A stretch of DNA of 63,193 bases, counting the filler, from Globobulimina sp. (lineage: Eukaryota), in the NCBI GenBank assembly GCA_003354225.1. It is 27 parts of 27 records of this genome, joined end to end, with 100 filler letters (N's around TTAATTAATTAA, not from the genome) between each part and the next. Parts side by side here need not be neighbours in the genome. Positions count along the whole stretch, not along the records: positions 11,731 to 13,975 come from PIVH01007914.1; positions 14,076 to 16,320 come from PIVH01007915.1; positions 16,421 to 18,665 come from PIVH01007916.1; positions 18,766 to 21,010 come from PIVH01007917.1; positions 21,111 to 23,355 come from PIVH01007918.1; positions 23,456 to 25,700 come from PIVH01007919.1; 21 more parts are not named here. One strand, 5' to 3'. The notes under the pieces were generated by a model. That model worked only from the letters and a program-made list of their open reading frames with translations. It searched no databases and was not told the origin of the DNA. The position numbers and the translations under genes are program-made. This document shows, one piece after another, positions 11,771-24,368 of the stretch (its first letter is position 1; each line of letters starts with the position of its first letter).

Positions 11771-13328
11771 TCATTGTGCAATACAATAAGTTTTAATCAA
11801 ATATTTTTTAATATCCTCCGATTCAAATATTTCTTTTTCCGTATTTGGATCAATTAACAATGGAACTTGTATTAAATGCAATTTCTGTTTCCATTTTGGA
11901 TATTTTTTACCAAATCTTATTTCAAATTCCTGTCTCTTTTGTTGCGACCCAATCGCCACATTCTTTAAAATATACGCGATCTCCAAACTGCTTAATAGCT
12001 CTCTCACGCCAATACAACATGGCGCCGCCTCATAAGACCATAATTCTAACAAATTATTTGCCGAAACGGTTGAAATATATCTCTCATTCCCTTGTTCTGC
12101 TAAACAACGCAAAAAATATAAATAAAAATGTTGATAAAGCCACACCGACACCGTTTGATTTGCAATATAATATCTCATCCGTTCACATATTGTTTTATCC
12201 ACTTTATCACCATATTCGTCATATAAATATCCAATGATTTGCTGACTATTTAATAATATCAATGGTCCATCATCGCCATAATTCTCATCAATTAAAATGG
12301 GCAAATTCGCACTGCCACTCTTTCCACACAGCCTTTGCGCATCCACTCGATATCGAGAACGTAAATAATTATTATTGTCAGGACCTGGACATGGATATAT
12401 TATGCAATCTAAATCCAACGCACTCAACGTCTCACGAACTAATTTGCACTGCACATTGCCTTCATACTCGTATAATTTTAATAATTTATTTGGCGGTCTT
12501 TTACTGGAATTTGCGCCTCGAAATACACGGCGACCGGCTCCAAACCGCAATATGACACCAAACCATAATACGCATAAATCCAAATAATATCCAAGCAATG
12601 GCAAATTATAAATAAATGATAGTATCAACTGCCAAATGCTATAATTCGGCGTCGGTCTGTTTTTTGTTGGTCTCAATGCATTTACATTCGATCCTGGCTC
12701 GTTTCTGGTTTTGTTAATTTTGTTGTTGTTAATAAGCTCATTATTCTGCCGGCTTAAATTATCAATTTGCACATTTTGCTGATAAATGGTGTCTTTTTGT
12801 TGTAACGCAATGTTTTGTAAAGCAAACGGTAATAATCGGTGAGCCACAATGCGTACTTTAAGTGTTCCCTTTGTTTTCTTTTTGGTTTTGTTGTTTTTGT
12901 TGAATTTTTTTAATTTTAAATGGCCATTGAATGGTTTTGAGTCTTTGCAATTAAATTGTTCGTCTAAATTAAATTCGGCAAATCCGAATTTATAATCGGA
13001 GGTTTCGCCTTTATTTAAGATTTCAAATGAAATATTTTGGGGGTTTTTGAAAAATTTAAACGAATATTTGGCATTAAAAACGCGACAATCTGAATTTGAT
13101 TTTATTTCCGGATTTAAAATTGTTTCTTTTTCACGACCACCGATTTTTATTTTTACAAATATGTCGGATTTATCACCAATATCTTTTGATGCTAATCCAT
13201 GACAAGATATTACTTGCAATTCTACAAAATACACTTCTAATTCTACGTATTATTTATTATTATTATAACGTAAATACACAACGGAAACAAAAACTACCTG
13301 TCTTACACTCTAAATCTTGCATTGCCAT
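11771..13328 (-). CDS. C2 domain + coiled coil + tandem glutaredoxin-like (GST-N, 2GST_N type) domains; 2 exons
   Basis: Exon 1 MAMQDLECKT from ATG 13328, intron 13297-13243. C2 motif (LQVISCHGLASKDIGDKSDIFVKI); two thioredoxin-fold repeats (LYEYEGNVQCKLVRETLSALDL...YPCP and LWSYEAAPCCIGVRELLSSLEI...QVPLLIDPN). Confidence 0.85.
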
Positions 13329-13644
13329 TATAACTTAAAAAAGAGCTGCAAATACAAATAGCGCCAATTTCAGGTTGGATATATTCTTGAACCTTTTCAC
13401 GTTGACATTAACTTGAAACTGGAAAATTTAAAGAGTTTTTTTACTTGAAACTTACTGCAGATTTTACAAGAATATTTTCCTGAAATGGTTTGCAAAATAA
13501 ATTGTGAAATACTACTTTCGGATTTGTTTTAATTTATTTTGGAAAATATTACATATTTGCATTTCATTAAACCAAACGGCAAAAATTTTAGGTTTTATTT
13601 TTCTTGAAATAATTACTAATGTAGGAGGTATATATAAAGGCATT

Positions 13645-13975
13645 ATTGTTAATGCTATATTAATGCTATGTTAATGCTATTTTCTTATGTTAATGCTATA
13701 TTATTGCTATATTAATGCTAAAATGGTTACATAAAATGCTATTTTTCTAGCATTAACATAATTTATATTACTGCTAAATAGTATATTGGATTATGTTAAT
13801 GCTATGTTAATGCTATATTAATGCTAAATTATGCATTAACATTAATATTATGCATTAACATAGCATTAATAGCATGCATTTTTTTAGCATTAACATAAAA
13901 AAATAGCATTTTCAGTAACCATTTTATCATTAATATAGCAAAAACATAGCATTAACATAAGAAAATAGTATTAAC
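13645..13975. repeat. AT-rich fold-back element built from 11-bp TTAATGCTAT(A/G) units in inverted orientation; runs off the contig end
   Basis: About 13670-13746 is an imperfect reverse complement of about 13897-13975; TTAATGCTAT units on the left become ATAGCATTAA units on the right. Confidence 0.85.
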
Positions 13976-14114
13976 NNNNNNNNNNNNNNNNNNNNNNNNN
14001 NNNNNNNNNNNNNNNNNNNTTAATTAATTAANNNNNNNNNNNNNNNNNNNNNNNNNNNNNNNNNNNNNNNNNNNNTCACCACAAACCACAACAAAAACAC
14101 AAATTAAAACATTA

Positions 14115-15718
14115 TCATTTCAATTTATTATATCCACTTTGAACAGGCATAGGAAGCCAAATAGTTTTATCCGGATTGGCAGGCTTCAATTTAATATAAG
14201 GTATTTTCAGCAAATCCTGCACACATTTTACTTGATAGTTTATTTCGTCGGTCCAATTTTCCCTTTCTTGCCGACCATTACATTTAAATTGTATCCAATT
14301 GTTATCCCCATTCAATTGCAACATAAATTCGTTTGGATTCTTGCTTTTGTTCTTGTGCAATATCACATTTTGTATGGACGCAATGCTTAACAATTCATGT
14401 TGAAATAATAACGTTTCTTTGATACAGTTTGCTTGCGTTTTTTTGTCAAATAAAAACAAATTAAAATCCATCAACACCACATATTTCTTCATCCATTTCC
14501 CATTTTGTTTGTGTTTGATCCACGCACAATATCGCCCTAAACTCATCCGTGCGAAATCTATATATCGCCAGAGATCATTCACACACAAATTCGGCGACAT
14601 TGTGCCCGTTTTTTCTATTTTATTTAATAATTCTGACCATTTTTCCCATCCTTTGGCACGATCGATATATTCGGTGGGATATCGTTGTTTGATATACATT
14701 AATCTGTCGGTGTATTTTCGCCATGTTAACAATGCTTTTTTCTCACTTGAAATGTGTTTGGTTTTGGACTTTTTTTTAATTTTATGTCGTTTTTCGTGTT
14801 TTTTGTGTTGGAATTGTTGTGTGTTTGGGTTTGGAGCAGGTTGTGATTGGGTGTATAATGAGGGTATTATACGAACTTCGCGGCTTAAGCGAGATTCTCT
14901 GTTTTTGTTTGTAATTTGTAGTGTTTGTACAAACAATTAAAGTAAATATAAAGCAAACATATCTACAAATTTGTATAGCTTAACGAGGTATCAATGGTAC
15001 GTGTAATCGGTATTTGTGACGGTATATTTGCTTGAAATTGGATCATTTCTTGTTTCATTTGATGTAATTCATTGCGTTTGCTTTGTAATTCGTTTCTCAT
15101 TTTTTTTAATTGTGACTGTGACTCGGTATATTTTAGTTTGGTGCCTCTTATTTGTCGTTGCATTGTGTGGTTTGTATGATGTAACGAGAATATTTGCGAT
15201 AGTTTCCATTGACAGCAATGTGATATTTGTGTATCTAAATCAATTTGATTTAAATGGACATATTCAGTCAATTCGTTTTTGTTTTGTATGAAATATAAAT
15301 ACAATTTATTGCCAATAATCAGTGCTTCATTCGTGGTCTCTAAATTATGATAAATATCTTTTAATAAAACTGGATCGGGATTGCAATTTAATAAATATTC
15401 CAATGAGAGGTATACTAATAATTTATCTAACATTATATTATTAATTTTTAATTTTAAAATTTCTAAACGTTGTTCAAAAAAATCATGTTTTTCGTCTTGA
15501 ATGTAGCTATATGGTGTCACTAAACCTCCTCTGTTGTTGTTGAAGGTGGCGGAATATGACATATCATAATTTGATATACGCTCATCATTGTTGGTGGTGG
15601 TTGTTGAAGATATTTTAGATCCATAGGCCGGGTTATATGTAGATTTGGTGACTTCTCCACGATAGATTTTCAATTTGTTTTGCGCTCTTTCATCTGGTTT
15701 ACACTTTACTGACAACAT
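14115..15718 (-). CDS. Coiled-coil plus C-terminal PH-domain protein (two ORFs, probably one gene with an intron near 14900-14985)
   Basis: PH features WMKKYVVLMDFNLFLF...FKCNGRQERENWTDEI; coiled coil in the upstream ORF; same strand with a short gap. Exact splice sites are uncertain. Confidence 0.7.
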
Positions 15719-16853
15719 TGATCAAACTCAGAGCAAAGGAACAAATTCAAAAACATTAATTGACAAAAAAACTCAAGTAAAAAGAGTGAAATCAGTGGAT
15801 TGCTAAATGGCGAAAATTCGAATATAATTTACATTTTGGCTCTAATACAACAATACGAGATTTCAAACAACAATTAGCACGCTATACCAATGCAGAAACA
15901 TCAAATATAAAACTTGTTGGATTAAAAGTTAACATCGAATATAAAAATAAACTCAAAAAAATAACAAATAATACGTTAATCGTTCATTTACAGTGTATAT
16001 CAAAAACGAACAAGAAATATTTCAAAATGATCGGAACAGCCAAACATGAAATGATTATTTCCAACACAGTGATGTGTTAACACCATGAAAAATATAAGAA
16101 ACACTTTGTAGTTGTCCTTAATTCATGGAACAGAGCCACTGCTTTTGTGCCACAAGATGTTTTTGCCTTAATTTGGAAGTATTTTAATATCCGATTTTTT
16201 ACATTTTCAATACCAAATGATTTTGTAACTGATGCTGTGACTATTTCTGACGATTGTTTATGTTTAACGCATCATAAAAATGCGCAGAAAATTAATGGAC
16301 CAAACATATTTGGTCCAATTNNNNNNNNNNNNNNNNNNNNNNNNNNNNNNNNNNNNNNNNNNNNTTAATTAATTAANNNNNNNNNNNNNNNNNNNNNNNN
16401 NNNNNNNNNNNNNNNNNNNNATCGTACAATATTTCGAGATAATTATTATGTATTATATTCAACACAAAATTATTTGATTTTAAATATATTTGATTTATGT
16501 CAACAATTTAATCCCTATCAAACATTTGTTCATTCTTTATTTATTCATCACGATAATAACTGTCATATTTCACAATTGTTGTCATTCAATAAATGTCGCA
16601 CATTAATTGATCAGTTTTTATTTGAAAAATGTGTTAAAATGGTTGACAATAAATATTAAATAAGCAAAATGATGAAAATAAATCATTGTTTTTGTACGCA
16701 TATTCCTGCTGTTTTAGGGCGCTTTGAAAATCTATTTCGACATTTTTCATTACTTTATTTTTGATTTTCTTATTTTTTTTGCGTCACTTTATAATATTTT
16801 TAGTCGGTACTTACAAATTTGTACGCAACCTTTTCAACTTCAAACTACAAACC

Positions 16854-18665
16854 ATGCATAGACAGAACGGATACAATGAATTGAAAAATACGTTCAGTCG
16901 AATCAATGATTTAATCTCTCGAATGGACGATATCGTATTTAATCATGTCGATATTCACTTTACCAAACCATTAACATCAATATCGATGAATGATTTGTGT
17001 TGCACAGTATGCAAAAACGAGTCAAATAGCATAATGCAATGGACTCAATGTGGACACAAATATTGTGTGAAATGTCTGACAGACATAATCACAGAACACA
17101 TCTCATTATCAAACAAAATACCAAAATGTTTCTATAAAAACTGCAATCAATCATTAAATATACAACAACAAAAATCGCAATGCATATGGCCATATCCATC
17201 AAAATACAAAATTAAAATCACTTTTGCCGAATATAATAATATGAATAAATTAATCAATGGATATATGCGCCACGTTACAGTCCCAAATGCAATAATTTCA
17301 TTAATTTTTGATTATTATTATTTAAATTATATTAAAGTAATAAAATGCGATAAATGTCGGCCATATTCGCCAATTACAGTTAAAATCCCACCATCCCGAA
17401 ATATAACATCCTATCCCCCATTTTCACCATTTATCGATCATATGACTCTTTCACAAGCAGTAAAATTAAAAATCGGTGATAAAATCGACCATCGTGATAT
17501 TTTTGGAAAATTTATTGCAGCCACCATCATTGACAAAATTGGAACAAATGTACGCATTTATTGCAGCCAATGGGACAATTGGAGTGATTTTACCAATGAA
17601 TTATATCGATTTGCAAGCTATAAATCAATATCCAGCCGAGCCGCACATCGATTATCCACATTAAAAATTGGCCGATATATCGATGTAAATCCGATCCGTA
17701 AACATTATGGATGGAAATACGCAGAAATCCGACGGATTGATGGCAAATCTGGACAGATTGAAGTGTGCTATGAAGAGAATGATATACATTATGTATATTG
17801 GATGCATTTAGATAATAAATTAGAAATTGCGCCGTTTGGAACTATGTGTAAACACAAAGAGAAAAGACAATGTAAATGTGTATTAGCATTAGATTTTAAT
17901 AAATTATGTCAGAAGCAATCACTTTGTATGCAATGTAATGAATATTATCCCAATCAGCGCATAATTTATTGGTCCAAATGCAACCATGTTTTGTGCATAA
18001 AATGTGTTATTTCTGTGGCTAAGAATCAAGTGTCAAATCATAAAATCCCTATTTGTCCGGTAATACATTGCCAGCAAGAAATTGCGCAAAATGAATATGA
18101 AATGGATTCGCATAATATCTCATTTCTATGTCATACGTTACAAAACCGCATTGGTTATAATTTAAATGAATATCTTGACTATGATTTGAAAGCGAGATTA
18201 AAATTGTTATTATTTCGAAAAGATAGATTTCAATGTTCATATTGTAATAAATGGCATAAAAATATTAACTTATTTATGAATCAAATAACAAAATGTAATC
18301 ATAAATTTAGCAATGAATGTCATACGACGTTACTCCATAAATCGCATTGCGGACATTCTAATTCTGAGTGTTTGAAATGTTTATCACAATGCGAAGTTTG
18401 TCATACTTTTGATGAAAATCGATGTTTAGTTTCGTGGACAAAATGTGGTCATAAATACCATAGAAAATGTGCAAGGATATACATCGATGAATGGATTGCG
18501 AGGAAAGCGTCAATATTTGGTAACAATGATATGATTCCTTTGTGCATTCACAAACATTGTAAGCAATTATTAAATATTTTATGTGCTGAGATGATGGATG
18601 TTGCCCAATATCAACGTGACATATTATATTCGCTAAGACAGCAAAGTATTTTGATTGAAGGCAAT
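16854..18665 (+). CDS. Multi-RING zinc-finger protein with central Tudor/Agenet-like repeats (putative E3 ligase), 3'-truncated
   Basis: Repeated C-x2-C...CGHKYC-x2-C...P-x-C RING patterns (at least three); KIGDKIDHRD...W and KIGRYIDV...GWKYAEI repeats. Confidence 0.75.
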
Positions 18666-19116
18666 NNNNNNNNNNNNNNNNNNNNNNNNNNNNNNNNNNN
18701 NNNNNNNNNTTAATTAATTAANNNNNNNNNNNNNNNNNNNNNNNNNNNNNNNNNNNNNNNNNNNNTTATACTGTAAGATTTGGGAGAATGCGTCCAGTAT
18801 CCAAAAGGAACTAGGATTTCGGACTGGCTTTATATTGAATACTGCAAAACTGCATATGGTTATAATGAGAAAGATTGATTGCTAGCTATACACCTGCTGC
18901 GATGTCATTATATAATTATGTAACTTACATGATGTGATTGTAGCTAATACCAAACAAATTTTCGTTGTTATGATCGAGTTCAACTTTTGGTTGCTATCTC
19001 GCCACAGCAAAAGTAGGAATCTGATCGTGTATTTCCGCAGTAGCAGACTAGTGGCTGCATGTCAATAGTTGTGGCAGGATAACTTGAAGTTACTTCAACA
19101 CAACATTCTGCCATAC

Positions 19117-20265
19117 ATGACGTTAAGTGATGAGCTTTTAACCTTAGAAACAAAACTAAAACATAAAGAACTTGAATTAAGCATTGCATATCAAACATCA
19201 TTAGAATTTATTGAAACAAATAATGAATTACAACAGCAATTTGAAGAGCAATGCATTACAATCCACACTTTAGATGCAAATATTGTTGATTGTGAGATGA
19301 AGATTGATTTATTACAAGCGCAGAATATGGAATATCAACAAACCATTTTGCAAACCAATGATAAATATGAGCAATTATTGGGTGAATTAGCGGTAACAAA
19401 GGAACATTTAAATAATTCAAAAGGTGAAATAAATGAATATCAACATACCATTCAATTATTAAATCATTACATTATTCACAATACAAATGATAAGAAACAA
19501 ATACTAAATTATAGCAATCATAAAAATAAAAACAACGACAACAATAATGAAATGAAGGATAAATTATCAAAACAACAACATAAATACGACGAATTATTAC
19601 GAGAATGTGAGAGATATCACAGTGAATATCAACAATTGCTTGAAACGCAGATTGAAATTGGAACTATGAAAAATTCTGAAATTAAATATGAAAAAAGAGC
19701 AAAATTATTAAGCGCTCAAATTGTAGACTTAACGCATCGAAATGTACAGTTAGAAAATGAAATTAATGATTATAATTCAGATATAAATCAACAAAATCAA
19801 ACCATTCAATATCTACAAAGTGAAAATCAAAAATTAATTTATATTAACAATACAAAATCAACTTTCATCAATAACAATATTTCAGAGAATAATGATTTAA
19901 AACGGAGATTATCTGTTCGATTAAGAGATAATTTTGGTTATAATTCTAAATTAGTAATGTTTGCAAATAATATCGAGGAAAATGAAGCAATTAAAATCAA
20001 TCATAATGTCAATGATGAATGTCATTATAATGAGGGTGTTGAAGAGGGACACGATTTATTTACAATGGTACAAATGTATGGATATAATGAGGTATATAAT
20101 GATGACATGGATCGAGAAACACTCGCAATTGAAAAGGTGGAGTGCCACCAATCTCATCACAGAAATTATAATTTGGAGTTGGCGATGGAGGAAGAATTAT
20201 GGCTCGTTATTTATTATTTTGTGTTTATATATGTTGTGCATGTGTTGTTGTATGTTTTTGTATGA
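19117..20265 (+). CDS. Coiled-coil protein; the 3' end may be spliced
   Basis: Long heptad-rich E/Q/K/L ORF. Confidence 0.65.
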   Translation: MTLSDELLTLETKLKHKELELSIAYQTSLEFIETNNELQQQFEEQCITIHTLDANIVDCEMKIDLLQAQNMEYQQTILQTNDKYEQLLGELAVTKEHLNNSKGEINEYQHTIQLLNHYIIHNTNDKKQILNYSNHKNKNNDNNNEMKDKLSKQQHKYDELLRECERYHSEYQQLLETQIEIGTMKNSEIKYEKRAKLLSAQIVDLTHRNVQLENEINDYNSDINQQNQTIQYLQSENQKLIYINNTKSTFINNNISENNDLKRRLSVRLRDNFGYNSKLVMFANNIEENEAIKINHNVNDECHYNEGVEEGHDLFTMVQMYGYNEVYNDDMDRETLAIEKVECHQSHHRNYNLELAMEEELWLVIYYFVFIYVVHVLLYVFV

Positions 20266-20350
20266 ATATGAGCAGCAGGTGGTGTATTTTAGCAATTTAA
20301 TTTTAAGTTATATTTTTATTCTATCTCTTTCCAAAAATGAATTAAAAAAA

Positions 20351-21010
20351 TCAAATATGATATTTACTGTTTTTATTGTTAAATTGAATGGTTTGTGGTA
20401 AGGCCTTCATCTCCTTTACATTTATATTATCATTCAATAAAATAATCTCTTCATTCCATCCATCCACTTCATACATTGTATACTCCCCATTCTGCAATTT
20501 TAGATTCACTGTGGAATTATATTCCGAATTCACCGTCGATTGATTATCGGTGATATTGGCGAACCTCACCAAATAATAACACCTATTGCTATTAAAATAT
20601 ATAATTATAAATTGCAGGAACAATTTACGGAACGGTGGATGTATATTATTTGTCATAGACGCATAATAAAATTGAATTTTCCTATACGATTCACCTCGTA
20701 ATACATTGCCACTTGCATACCAACCGCAGTACACATCCAATACCGGTCAAATTCTTGCATTCCCCTCGAATTCCCCCACTGCGCACTCAAATTCCCCTCA
20801 TACTGTATTTCATCCAAAATTAAGGCTTTCGTCACATTATATTTCTCAAAGTATTTATAATCAACATTCTGATATCCCTGAATTGAGAAATGTGCCACCC
20901 AATTTTGTGAATGATTATACATAAATTCCTGATGGATGGACTTCTCTTTCAGAGGATTTGTATATGGATCATACTCCATTAATGCCTCAAAATATGAGTC
21001 CCAAATGCTG
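20351..21010 (-). CDS. C-terminal part of a DUF4038/DUF5605-like (apiosidase/GH140-related) protein; split between frames by an intron or frameshift
   Basis: SIH...YNHSQNWVAHFSIQ...LILDEIQYEGNLSAQWGN, and downstream YYLVRF...GEYTMYEVDGWNEEI, resemble this family (recognised from memory). Confidence 0.55.
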
Positions 21011-21110
21011 NNNNNNNNNNNNNNNNNNNNNNNNNNNNNNNNNNNNNNNNNNNNTTAATTAATTAANNNNNNNNNNNNNNNNNNNNNNNNNNNNNNNNNN
21101 NNNNNNNNNN

Positions 21111-22412
21111 ACTCCATCTCGTCCATTCCTTCGCCTTTATACCAATGCAAAAAGGCCTTTCTTTTGTACATTTTGGCAAATTGCGCAGAGATTCTCTGAA
21201 ATACGCCTTTAATAGAAATTATTTATATAGAAATTATTAGTGCGAATTTGCGTATATATTTATTATACCTTTAATGGCAGTGGTATTTGCCACAAACGTC
21301 CCAGATATTGTGCAGCCTTCTGGTGCTACGGTGATGATGGACGATTTGATATTGTTCGGGATCCACGTCACAAAGTCATCCGCCATCTTTTGCTGGATCT
21401 TCGCCACTTCGTCGTCCACTTCCTGCGTCGCGATGGGGCCGCGATAACCGCACGAAGCAGTTAAATATTTGCCATCTTCCGCCTTCACATTGGCTAAAAA
21501 GTTGCGCGAACTCCACATTTGATCCGTCAACTCCTGCACAGTCAATTTCACTTTGGAGCCCTGGCCAGGCGCAAATAATGGGGCTTGAGCCAACAAAAAG
21601 AAATGTAAACGCGGGAAGGGCACCAAGTTCACGCCCATTTTACGCAAATCGCCATTCAATTTGCCGCTGAAACGCAAAGAAGCAGTGATGCCGGACATCA
21701 CCATCGAAATTACCCAGTTCAAGTCTGCATACTTCGGCTCTTTCTGCTTCAACACATTGTGCGAGATACTGAATAATGCCTCGTTGTCAATCACGAAGGT
21801 TTCGTCCGAGTTCTCTAACAATTGATGGATGGATAAGGTGGCATTGTAAGGCTCCACCACCACATCCGACACTTTTGGCGATGGATAGACACTGAAAGTG
21901 GCCGTGATGCGATCCGGATAATTGTCCCTGATCTTTAATAGCAACAAGGTGCCCATTCCGCTGCCGGTGCCGCCGCCGATGGATTGCGTCAATTGAAAGC
22001 CTTGCGGACAATCACAGCCTTCGGTTTCGCGTCGAATAATGTCCACGGCTTCGTCAATCAACTCTGCGCCTTCGGTGTAATGGCCTTTGGCCCAGTTATT
22101 GCCGGCTCCCGAAGCACCAAAGCACATATTATCCGGCTTGAATAAGGCGCCCATCGGCGACGCTTTAATGACATCCATGATACCCGGCTCTAAATCCACT
22201 AAACAGGCTCGCGGCACAAAGCGTAATGTGCCCGCTTCCTGGTAATACACATCGATTTTGTCCAATCGTAATGCATCCTCTTTCTTCTCTGCCTTGCCTT
22301 TGAATTTGCCATCCTCCGCTAACTTGTGTTCTTTGCCCATCGTCGTCCAGAATGCATTGCCAATTTGGTTGCCACACTGTCCTACCTGCACATGAATGAT
22401 TTCTCGAACCAT
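21111..22412 (-). CDS. TUBB: Beta-tubulin, divergent foraminiferan/retarian type-2 isoform; 62-nt intron 21268-21207; 3'-truncated
   Basis: [55 protein letters not shown]. Splicing restores ...[37 protein letters not shown]. Confidence 0.97.
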
Positions 22413-22658
22413 TATTAAATGCTTCTTTTGCTACTTTTGCTACTTTTGTTACTTTTGTTACTGCTGCGCGGATAGGGAGAAAAGTAGGAATGTGTTGAGG
22501 AAGAAGTTTTTTTTGAGAGAACTAAATATAAAGTTTTTTTGAGTGACAATACTACTCTCTGATATATCACATTGGGTAACCACCCCCCTTTGTATATTTC
22601 AATTGTGCACAAATATTACAAAGATATAATTCAAGTTCTTTCTTTTCAGGTTAGTTTC

Positions 22659-23316
22659 TTAATTATTATGGACCAGTTCAATTTCATCATTATAAATGAG
22701 TGCAACAGCCATACAATACTGCCTATTTAGATCAATATTCCCTGCAAGTATTCCTTGACTCTCATTATTCTTTTTAAATGATAATACACCATGCTTCTTA
22801 TTATGAGTTTCAGTCATATCCAATTCCATTGTTACTATATCGTTCTTATCCCACTTTGCCCCGTATTTATTTCTACCATTTTCAGAGTGAAATTTATCTC
22901 CATTATATCCGTAATATGAATATGAAGATTTGTTTACTAAAGAACAAGGATCACAAAAAAAATTATCTTTAGATATATCTGCCACAGTTTTGACATCAAT
23001 GATACCGAACATAATCGCTCTGCTGCTGCCACCGCTATTCGTTATTCTTATGTTCCTATTGTATTATAAAAGATCCAAATGCGTTTATCCATGAACCGTT
23101 AAATAGTTCTTTCCTTATTTTTAATACATTTGTATTCTCATCGATGCTAAAATTACGATGTGATTTTTGTATATTCCAAGTATCGAATGCAATAAAGTAC
23201 ATTGAGAAACATAATTGTTTGAGTGCATCTGGCACAATACATGATGTGCAGTACAAACGGGTAAACCCATACACTAACAACTCTGCCAACTCACATCTAT
23301 TTGTGAACGCTGACAT
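22659..23316 (-). pseudogene. SPRY/B30.2-like protein gene with an apparent frameshift near 23056
   Basis: IMFGIID...SYSYYGYNG...YGAKWDKNDIVTMELDM...LSFKKNNESQG...YCMAVAL is SPRY-like. The two ORFs are in different frames and no GT donor lies between them. Confidence 0.6.
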
Positions 23317-23455
23317 CTTCCAAATTAACAAAAAAACTTTATATTTAGTTGTCTGNNNNNNNNNNNNNNNNNNNNNNNNNNNNNNNNNNNNNNNNNNNNT
23401 TAATTAATTAANNNNNNNNNNNNNNNNNNNNNNNNNNNNNNNNNNNNNNNNNNNN

Positions 23456-24168
23456 GTGTTTTGTTGCAGCATTATATCATTTTTAATATCATTGCCAGAG
23501 ACCGGCGTGTTGATACTGCCATACCATATATGTTGGATCAATTGCAAGTAAATGAAAATAAATCGCGCGCAAATATTATCACAGGAATATTTATATTATT
23601 GGTTGGTGCCGGAATGATCATATCAAATATTATTTTATTACCGTTACTAAAACGTAAATATACTGATTATCAGATAACAATTATCGGTTCAATTATAATC
23701 TCAATCTCAATGTTTTTATTTGCAGCTATTTCATGGATCCCATCCATTTTTACTGTATGTATCACTGCGTTGGTGTTGAGTTGCGGATTTATTACATTTC
23801 CATCCATTTATAGTATTGTGACCAAAGCCCTCTCTCCAAAAGAACAAGGCATTGGATTGGGAATCATCTTTGCATTCAGAGGGGCGACATATGCCATTGC
23901 ACCATTTACGTTTGGATATGCATACACTAAATTTAAATCAATTGGATTTCCATCGTTTCCATATTTATTCGCCACATTAATTTGTATTTCTGCAGTATTT
24001 GTAATTAAATTTAAATTAAAACCTATTATAGATTTAGTTGATTCATCACCTCATTGCTTTTCTTTATCTGCAACTGATTTAAATCGAAATTCTATATATA
24101 AACATCATGAAAATACTGAAAAATATAAAAATATTACATCTATAACTGATCTGGACAACAATCTATGA
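23456..24168 (+). CDS. MFS transporter (TetA/MFSD14-like), C-terminal half
   Basis: Several TM helices; FPSIYSIVTKALSPKEQGIGLGIIFAFRGATYAIAPFTFG. Confidence 0.85.
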
Positions 24169-24368
24169 CCTAATTGACCTTTGCCTTTCTTTTGCAACTT
24201 TCAATATATAATTTAAACGTGCTTGAAATTGTCATAAACATATTTAACAAAACTTTTCTAACTTTTAAATTCCAAACCCTTCAATATACTGTTAGTAAAT
24301 TAGCCATCTCTAGAAACAAACAGTCAAACACCTCAAAACAAGAACATATATTAACATCTTTAAATCAC

